IMG/VR virus record: IMGVR_UViG_2548876943_000023
DNA: 13,384 nucleotides
DNA from: a virus
Taxonomy: Duplodnaviria; Heunggongvirae; Uroviricota; Caudoviricetes
Strand: one strand, 5' to 3'
Shown: one piece after another, positions 8,045 to 13,384 of the stretch
Layout of the letters: the number at the start of each line of letters is the position of its first letter
How positions within the stretch are numbered: position 1 is the stretch's first letter
Position numbers and translations under genes: made by a program
The notes under the pieces: generated by a model
Databases searched by the model: none
Seen by the model: only the letters and a program-made list of their open reading frames with translations
What the model was told of the DNA's origin: nothing

Positions 8045-8551
8045 ATGAATTTAAGCGCAATGGTATACCCTGATACTTTCATAATTAATGGCGAATCATT
8101 CAGAGGTAAAAGAAACGCAAAAGAAAACAAGGTATTAATTCCATATACAAATGAACCGGAAGTAACTATTGGTCAACACATTATCCAGCGTGTCGGTAAA
8201 AACGAGATAAATCTAAAAATTATAGATATGAAGTTGCTTCCCAATGGAACCCTCAGACAGGGAACCAATCATCCAAATATGTTGACTCTCTATATTGAAA
8301 ATATCACGGGAAATGAACATATGACGCCAACTAAAAGTAATACATTTAACATTGGTTCAATTAGTGGTGATCAAGTGCAGATAGGTGAGCATAACCATAT
8401 GCTGGTAAACATCAGCATCACTGAACTGGTTGAAAAAGTCGCTAAATCGGGGGATGTACAAGCCAAATCAGTATTAAAGCAGTTACTGGAAAACAGTACC
8501 GTTGCCAGCATTGTTGGGGCTGGCGCAAGTGCCCTAATAGGCTTACTGTAA
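8045..8551 (+). CDS. Hypothetical cargo protein (168 aa) with hydrophobic C-terminal segment; candidate defence or helper-interference effector
   Basis: Clean ORF on the opposite strand to all backbone genes. Visibly AT-rich, with N/I/K-rich codon usage. Has its own promoter, Shine-Dalgarno and terminator. The C-terminal 17 aa (TVASIVGAGASALIGLL) form a small-residue-rich hydrophobic helix. No family recognised. Confidence 0.7.
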   Translation: MNLSAMVYPDTFIINGESFRGKRNAKENKVLIPYTNEPEVTIGQHIIQRVGKNEINLKIIDMKLLPNGTLRQGTNHPNMLTLYIENITGNEHMTPTKSNTFNIGSISGDQVQIGEHNHMLVNISITELVEKVAKSGDVQAKSVLKQLLENSTVASIVGAGASALIGLL

Positions 8552-8557
8552 AAAAAT

Positions 8558-8588
8558 GGCCTGGATTTTACCAGGCCTTTATTATTTT
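8558..8588. terminator. Bidirectional rho-independent terminator between convergent genes
   Basis: GGCCTGG-atttta-CCAGGCC, followed by TTTATTATTTT on the plus strand and, in reverse complement, by ATTTTTTT on the minus strand. Confidence 0.7.
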
Positions 8589-8835
8589 ACCGTTTCACGG
8601 GATCGCGCATTCTGCGCCTTATTTTCCACAGATATTCGATCATCGCTTCCACCTGTTCACGGTTGGTTGCGAAAATTTCCCCGGTCAGTGAGCTACGCAG
8701 AAAATCATGATGATCCACAACAAACAACGCATCGGAAGAAAGCAGACGGCGATATTTTTTTGCTGTCATGGTTTCCAGATCATCAAAATCATGAAACTTT
8801 TTATGTTGCTGGACTTCTTCAAATGTCACTGGCAT
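8587..8835 (-). CDS. Hypothetical small protein (82 aa)
   Basis: ATG at 8835 (MPVTFEEVQQHKKFHDFDDLE...) with a GAGGGGA Shine-Dalgarno, 16 bp after the SSB-like stop. The N-terminal extension shown in the ORF track would overlap the SSB-like gene and is rejected. Confidence 0.55.
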   Translation of the reverse strand: MPVTFEEVQQHKKFHDFDDLETMTAKKYRRLLSSDALFVVDHHDFLRSSLTGEIFATNREQVEAMIEYLWKIRRRMRDPVKR

Positions 8836-8851
8836 GTCCCCTCTGTTGTCG

Positions 8852-9277
8852 CTAAAACGGTATGTTGTCCCCGTACGGATCATCGTGCTGACCCGTCTGC
8901 TGTTTTGCCCTGTTCAGTGCGTCAGTCGCCTGGCTCTGCTGGCCTTTTTTGCCGCCCGGTCGCACCGTTCGCGCACTGATTACGCTGTCTGCGATAACCT
9001 GCCAGCCTTGCCGCGTTTCGCCGTTCTGGCCTGTCCACTGGCTTACCTGCATGTTACCCACCACGCTCACCAGTTCGCCTTTGTGGTGTTTTGCCAGTGC
9101 ATCGGCCTGTCTGCCAAACGCCAGAACAGAAAGCCACATCGTCACCGCACCATCATCAGCCTGACTGCATGGCTGGGGGACCGCCATACTTACCATCGCC
9201 ATTTGTGTACCCTTGCTGGTGGTCTTTAACTGCGGGTCATTTGTCAGCCGCCCGTAAGCGGCTATCTGTGCTGTCAT
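8852..9277 (-). CDS. SSB-like OB-fold single-stranded DNA-binding protein (short form)
   Basis: The N-terminal pattern (IAAYGRLTNDPQLK...) and the core (W-LSVLAFGRQAD-ALAKHHKGELVSVVGNMQVSQWTGQNGETRQGWQVIADSV) resemble bacterial SSB. The C-terminal tip ...DDPYGDNIPF matches the SSB acidic tail ending in IPF. ATGA overlap with the upstream ORF and GGAGGGA Shine-Dalgarno. Confidence 0.65.
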   Translation of the reverse strand: MTAQIAAYGRLTNDPQLKTTSKGTQMAMVSMAVPQPCSQADDGAVTMWLSVLAFGRQADALAKHHKGELVSVVGNMQVSQWTGQNGETRQGWQVIADSVISARTVRPGGKKGQQSQATDALNRAKQQTGQHDDPYGDNIPF

Positions 9278-9519
9278 GATTCCATCCCTCCGGTGTTAAC
9301 GTTGATGGTTGTCACCTGTTCCGCTTCGGCAATCTCCCGCTCTATCAGCGTGGCAAAATTTGCCGCCGCCGTGGTCATGAATGCGCTTATCAGTTCGGGA
9401 TGTGCTTTCGCGTATCCTTCCCCGGCGTTGCGGTCGATGATTTTTATCGACACCCTTAACCAGTGTTCCGTCAAATCAAGGGCGTGCGATTGTGATTTTT
9501 TTGTGTGCTTCGCTGTCAC
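9274..9519 (-). CDS. Hypothetical small protein (81 aa), GTG start
   Basis: ORF translationally coupled to the SSB-like gene (ATGA overlap). Only a GTG start is available at 9519, with a weak Shine-Dalgarno. No family recognised. Confidence 0.4.
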   Translation of the reverse strand: MTAKHTKKSQSHALDLTEHWLRVSIKIIDRNAGEGYAKAHPELISAFMTTAAANFATLIEREIAEAEQVTTINVNTGGMES

Positions 9520-9564
9520 AGGCTTTATCTCACAGCAGTAAATTAAAATTTTTGCGTTTTAACC

Positions 9565-9786
9565 CTTCACCTGTTCACCTTTTGATATTTTCTCTTTTAA
9601 TTCATAATGTTAAGGGGTGAACAGTTTCAAAAAAACTATTCACCAACTGTTCACCACTGTTCACCCTTGAAGCTCAATAAACAATCAAAAAGGTGAACAG
9701 TGAATAGTTTGGTGAACAGTTCATAAATAACTGTTCACCCTATAATATACTGATATAAAAGATATTTATGACAGGGTGAACAGTTA
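9565..9786. repeat. Iteron array (about 10 copies of GGTGAACAGT(T) and variants, both orientations) flanking an AT-rich core; putative origin of replication
   Basis: Copies at about 9571-9579, 9616-9626, 9636-9644, 9645-9655, 9656-9666, 9692-9700, 9700-9707, 9711-9721, 9729-9740 and 9775-9786. AT-rich stretch 9741-9770 includes TATAAT. The array lies immediately 3' of the primase/helicase stop, as with PICI/SaPI origins. Confidence 0.6.
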
Positions 9787-9796
9787 TTCCATAAGT

Positions 9797-11614
9797 TTAA
9801 TTTTTGCTATCGCCATTAGTGACCGATACACATGATGGCATCCAGTCTTCTGATTCCTCCGTCAGTGTCACGTTTGAACGCAAACCGTGCTTCGTTTTCC
9901 GTTTCATATACTCCCTGCCATATTCCGCCATTGCCCCCGGCATATCTTTACCGAAGCGCGTCAGTGTTACAGGTTTACCAAACCCATGTGCCCTCATATA
10001 AGCCAGATAGGCATGATAGAGATACCTGCGTGGGCTGAATGGCACAATTTCAGCATTACCCACTAACAGGCCATCACACATTACCGACGCCATGAGATAG
10101 CCGCAGAAGTCCACCAGCGAATCCCCCTCTCGCTTTATCGCCAGTGCTTCTTCAGATTTCTGCTGCTCATATAACAGGCGTCTGGCTTCGTCCTGGTCAG
10201 CAAACCGTGTAAGCAGATGGCGAATCACTACCGCCAGCTCACCTTCTATTTTTTCCGCCAGCATTGGATCACGTTCGTTCTCCGGTACAACTTCCGAAAA
10301 ATTGAATATCACCCGACGACGTGAGATCCCCCCGCTGCGGTCACTGAATGACATAGCGTTATTGTTAACCGCCAGCACTACTGCCGGAATACGTGTTGAG
10401 TAGGGGGCTTTGTGTTTCGGGTCAATTGCCACCTTGTCACCGCCTGTAATAGCCTTAATCCCTGCCCCATCACCAGCGTAGCGGGTCATATCCGGCATGA
10501 TAATCAGCGAAAAGCCAACCACTAACGCGCGTTCCCTTGCATCTTCCAGCGCCTTCATGCTTGCCGATACTGTGTTGGCCTTACCCGCCAGCATGGTGCA
10601 AATCTCCGCCATCACGCTTTTACCACTTCCCCCTGGACCTGTTACCTCAATGAATAACTGCCAGTCGTACCGGTTCGCCAGCACCATGAATAATGCAGCC
10701 AGTACGCGATCCGCCTTGCGGTCATTCTCAGCCACCGAACGGCGTAACCACTTCCAGAAATTCGGCGCATGTGTTGCCAGCGTTTCCCCCTCTGCTGGTG
10801 GGCTGAAAGGTAATTCACTGGCAATTAACAACCAGTCGTTTTTGTTATGCTCCCGAAAATTACCTGTTCTGGTATCAAATACCCCGTTACTGAATCCAAT
10901 CAGGTTACGGGCTGTATTCCCCATTACAGGCAAACTTAACTTCATGGTATCGACCGCCGATTTAATGGCGTTCTGCGAATAGCTGATCTCCGCATCAATG
11001 AAAATCTGTGCCATAGCTCGCTGTAATTCTTTATCCTGTACTGGCTCCCATACAACGCCGTTGTAATGGTGAACAGTGTCAGAGTCAGCATGAATCGCCA
11101 GTTCACCGCCATAATGTGCCAGGAGAACTTCGCCGCGTTGACTTGCTCCCATCTGGTTAAGCGCCAGTGATGAAGCGTTATCGTCTTTTACCCGCTCTTT
11201 TTTCTTTACAGGCAGTTCAACTACCTTTTTCTTTTCCGCCAGCTCTGCCCGTTCACGTTCCAGATATTCGTGCCAGTTCTCCCGTTTCTGGCTGTGCATT
11301 CCTTCAGGATAATAATCAGCATCCCTGACACCTGCCGCTGCCAGTTTCTGCCCGATGGTATTAACAAGCACCGGACGCAATAACCCCGCCTGATAGAGAC
11401 GCACGCGATAGCGTCCGTCCGGTACGATTTGCAGGTTGTCCAGTTCGGCAAGTTGTTGCTCTCCAAGCCAGACAGGTGGCACGTTATCGCCTGCCAGTCG
11501 CCCGTCCTGTTCCTGCCACTGCTTCGCATGTGCCCACGCATCACTACCCGCAAAAATGATGACTTCCGTCATTTTGTCACGCGGCTGGTGTTTTAAATTT
11601 GGCGCTTTTTTCAT
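9797..11614 (-). CDS. Primase/helicase, P4-family (D5-like) replication protein
   Basis: About 605 aa from ATG at 11614 (MKKAPNLKHQ...). Walker A motif VTGPGGSGKS and the downstream layout are typical of phage/plasmid P4-family primases. GGAGAG Shine-Dalgarno. ATGA overlap with the upstream ORF. Confidence 0.85.
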   Translation of the reverse strand: MKKAPNLKHQPRDKMTEVIIFAGSDAWAHAKQWQEQDGRLAGDNVPPVWLGEQQLAELDNLQIVPDGRYRVRLYQAGLLRPVLVNTIGQKLAAAGVRDADYYPEGMHSQKRENWHEYLERERAELAEKKKVVELPVKKKERVKDDNASSLALNQMGASQRGEVLLAHYGGELAIHADSDTVHHYNGVVWEPVQDKELQRAMAQIFIDAEISYSQNAIKSAVDTMKLSLPVMGNTARNLIGFSNGVFDTRTGNFREHNKNDWLLIASELPFSPPAEGETLATHAPNFWKWLRRSVAENDRKADRVLAALFMVLANRYDWQLFIEVTGPGGSGKSVMAEICTMLAGKANTVSASMKALEDARERALVVGFSLIIMPDMTRYAGDGAGIKAITGGDKVAIDPKHKAPYSTRIPAVVLAVNNNAMSFSDRSGGISRRRVIFNFSEVVPENERDPMLAEKIEGELAVVIRHLLTRFADQDEARRLLYEQQKSEEALAIKREGDSLVDFCGYLMASVMCDGLLVGNAEIVPFSPRRYLYHAYLAYMRAHGFGKPVTLTRFGKDMPGAMAEYGREYMKRKTKHGLRSNVTLTEESEDWMPSCVSVTNGDSKN

Positions 11615-11910
11615 TTCTGCTCTCTCCACGCGGCAATCATGTTTTTCAGTTCCTGTAGTTTTTTATCAACATCCATACATGACACATGGTTATTTCTGGA
11701 AAGCGGGATTTCCCGCCTGAATCTGCTAATAAAGATCTCCACGTTCAGCGAACTATGAAATGAATAGCCATCACGAATAAAATACACACGGTCAAACATC
11801 AGTTCTTTTACCGTTACTCTGTTACCGTTCTTATCCAGATAAATAGCGCCGGGGATAATTTTGGGGTGTGCATAACCGCTGGCAGTCAAGCCAGATAAAT
11901 ATGTTCTCAT
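11611..11910 (-). CDS. Hypothetical protein (99 aa), translationally coupled to the primase
   Basis: ATG at 11910; its stop overlaps the primase start. Visibly lower GC than the primase. No family recognised. Confidence 0.55.
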   Translation of the reverse strand: MRTYLSGLTASGYAHPKIIPGAIYLDKNGNRVTVKELMFDRVYFIRDGYSFHSSLNVEIFISRFRREIPLSRNNHVSCMDVDKKLQELKNMIAAWREQK

Positions 11911-11916
11911 GATTAT

Positions 11917-12237
11917 TTATCCCCGATTTGAATCAGTATTCGCTTTCTTTATGGCATTTAATGCATCTGCGGCATTTTCAATGGTGCACCGTAACGAAAT
12001 ATCAAACTGCCCAAGCATTGCCAGTAACAAACCGATATTACCCATATCAATGCGCATAGCCTTTTCGTCATAGTCCTCATTTTCTGACGCATGCCACATC
12101 AGGCTACCAATTGACGCAATACCCATTGATATATTGTCAGTAGCCCCATCCGCAGCGGAATAAACCTTTTTAGCAATATCATGCTCACAGTTAAAATGCG
12201 GATTAATCAGGTACTGGTAATTTGACATATCAGGCAT
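11917..12237 (-). CDS. Hypothetical protein (106 aa)
   Basis: ATG at 12237 with an AGGGGGTG Shine-Dalgarno; 6 bp before the next ORF. No family recognised. Confidence 0.55.
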   Translation of the reverse strand: MPDMSNYQYLINPHFNCEHDIAKKVYSAADGATDNISMGIASIGSLMWHASENEDYDEKAMRIDMGNIGLLLAMLGQFDISLRCTIENAADALNAIKKANTDSNRG

Positions 12238-12433
12238 GGCACACCCCCTGACGAATACGGGCGGCGAATACCATCACGCAGCCAGCCGGGGATTGCTGGC
12301 GTGCTTCCTGTTCGCTGGTGGCCACGATGTGAATCACGCGCGGTTGTGCCGTGCTCAGGGCGATAAAACGCCAGATGAATTTATTCAGGTTGTGCGAGTC
12401 CCGCCCTTGCGGGTGTGTGGTATGATTTAACAT
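12230..12433 (-). CDS. Possible small protein (67 aa), first gene of the minus-strand early operon
   Basis: ATG at 12433 with a GAGGT Shine-Dalgarno; overlaps the next gene's start by 8 nt. It is the C-terminal part of a long non-protein-like ORF in the track, so it is uncertain. Confidence 0.3.
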   Translation of the reverse strand: MLNHTTHPQGRDSHNLNKFIWRFIALSTAQPRVIHIVATSEQEARQQSPAGCVMVFAARIRQGVCHA

Positions 12434-12529
12434 AGCTACCTCGATACTTCTGCTATCGTTGGTGGTTAGAAGCCCGGTTAGTGTTAGCGCACTGCCGGGT
12501 TTCGTCGTTTCTGCACCTTGCATCAACAA

Positions 12530-12584
12530 GGTGTTAAACACCAATTTAAGCCTAGGTGTTAAACACGTCAAGTGTTGAACACTT
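12530..12584. promoter_or_regulatory. Three palindromic operator-like sites in a divergent promoter region
   Basis: GGTGTTAAACACC (12530-12542), GTGTTAAACAC (12556-12566) and AAGTGTTGAACACTT (12570-12584). A promoter-like TTGAAC-N17-CATACT overlaps site 3. The region lies between the minus-strand operon start (12433) and the plus-strand small ORF (12633). Confidence 0.55.
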
Positions 12585-12632
12585 ATTTTTTTTCCTGCAT
12601 ACTGCATTTGTTTTTTGTAAGGAGTACACAAC

Positions 12633-12812
12633 ATGGCGACAAAAGCAGTAAACGCAAAATCACAAACAGTTGCGGCAAGGGTTCCGCATGAAGTTATGAA
12701 CAATGTTGAGGCGGTAAAAATGCCTGGTGAAAGTACAGGGCAGTTTGTAACAGCAGCATTAAAGCGAGAAGTTGAATACCGCCAGCGTCGCAAGGCCAAA
12801 GAGCAGGAGTAA
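12633..12812 (+). CDS. Small ribbon-helix-helix-like DNA-binding protein (59 aa), candidate repressor
   Basis: Not in the ORF track (under 60 aa). Strong Shine-Dalgarno AAGGAG 8 nt before ATG. Translation MATKAVNAKSQTVAARVPHEVMNNVEAVKMPGESTGQFVTAALKREVEYRQRRKAKEQE fits a strand-helix-G-helix RHH pattern. Confidence 0.55.
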   Translation: MATKAVNAKSQTVAARVPHEVMNNVEAVKMPGESTGQFVTAALKREVEYRQRRKAKEQE

Positions 12813-12869
12813 CCATCACCAGCGCCGTGGTGCGGTGAACTGTGGCGCACAGGGTTACAGGTATCTACG

Positions 12870-13049
12870 ATGACTGACAAATCATTAAAGAAATTATCCT
12901 CATCCAAGAAAAAACAACGCAAAAATGCGGTAAACGAACATGAACCGGAGAGATTCGCACCATGTGCGTTTATCCTTGAGAAGTACCTTAAAGAGTATTC
13001 TAGGAAAATACGCTCATTGCAGGCATGGCAGCGAATCGAGCCAGACTGA
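12870..13049 (+). CDS. Possible small Lys-rich protein (59 aa)
   Basis: ATG at 12870 with a weak AGGT Shine-Dalgarno. MTDKSLKKLSSSKKKQRKNAVNEHEPERFAPCAFILEKYLKEYSRKIRSLQAWQRIEPD. Uncertain. Confidence 0.3.
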   Translation: MTDKSLKKLSSSKKKQRKNAVNEHEPERFAPCAFILEKYLKEYSRKIRSLQAWQRIEPD

Positions 13050-13113
13050 TAGCATTGCCCACTAGCCGACAACCTGGTATTCTGGATATGCTCAAGTTTA
13101 GTGTTATGCCACT

Positions 13114-13141
13114 GGCGACCGCCCCCGGTCGCCTTTGTTTT
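13114..13141 (+). terminator. Rho-independent terminator ending the plus-strand small-ORF transcript
   Basis: GGCGACC-gccccc-GGTCGCC followed by TTTGTTTT. Confidence 0.7.
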
Positions 13142-13159
13142 ATGTGTCATAGCTCCCCC

Positions 13160-13384
13160 CTAGGCTGCCTTACCTGAATTAACGCGGTCACGGCTTTGCA
13201 CCCAGTCCATAACTTCGGAAAGCAACCAGCCTACAGAACGCCCCCCAAGATTACGGCGAGACGGAAAGCCCCCTTTCTTCTCCAGTTCGTAGCGTGTAGT
13301 ACGGCTGACGCCTGTTAACTTACGACATTCATCCTCACGAATTACGCGATCTGTTAGTGATTGAAATTGTGTATTTTGATTCAT
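13160..13384 (-). CDS. alpA: AlpA-family (excisionase-like, MerR-type HTH) transcriptional regulator
   Basis: 74 aa. The pattern LTGVSRTTRYELEKKGGFPSRRNLGGRSVGWLLSEVMDWVQSR is typical of AlpA/prophage regulatory proteins. The ATG is the last three bases of the window, so its promoter and any integrase lie outside. Confidence 0.85.
   Translation of the reverse strand: MNQNTQFQSLTDRVIREDECRKLTGVSRTTRYELEKKGGFPSRRNLGGRSVGWLLSEVMDWVQSRDRVNSGKAA

Noticed and set aside
9565-9786. Possible CRISPR array at the iteron region
   Set aside because: Repeats are only about 10 bp, occur in both orientations, and have irregular spacing with no spacer-like unique segments. This fits iterons, not CRISPR.
10497-10982. 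Plus-strand 161-aa ORF and minus-strand 60-aa ORF inside the primase gene
   Set aside because: Antisense or alternative-frame shadows of a well-supported long gene.
12230-13150. 306-aa minus-strand ORF spanning the AlpA-proximal region
   Set aside because: The translation is low-complexity and rich in Cys, Ser and His, and it runs through the palindromic operator region and across two well-formed plus-strand small ORFs. Only its last 67 codons (12230-12433) have a start with a Shine-Dalgarno, and those are kept as a low-confidence CDS.

Overview
Read by eye, with no searches run: about 12 kb of this window (roughly 1.2-13.4 kb) looks like a phage-satellite-type mobile element in an enterobacterial-like background, organised on the minus strand. 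From the high-coordinate end it carries an AlpA-family regulator (its ATG is the last three bases of the window), a divergent control region with three GTGTT-N-AACAC palindromes and a small ribbon-helix-helix-like ORF, three small coupled ORFs, a P4-family primase/helicase, an iteron-rich putative origin, an SSB-like protein, and then a complete HK97-type head and packaging module (major capsid, prohead protease, portal, gp6-like connector, HNH endonuclease, TerS, TerL). There are no tail, lysis or tail-fibre genes in the window, which fits a capsid-forming PICI-like satellite that borrows helper-phage tails. Two visibly AT-rich cargo genes interrupt this backbone. The better candidate for an undescribed system is a self-contained antisense cassette at 8045-8551 (own promoter, RBS and bidirectional terminator) encoding a 168-aa protein with a hydrophobic C-terminal tail. 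The second is a His-rich ORF at 1275-1637 just downstream of terL. The first ~1.27 kb has no convincing ORF and is dense in palindromes. Protein identities rest on recalled family motifs; coordinates were checked against the sequence, but GC content was judged by eye, not computed.
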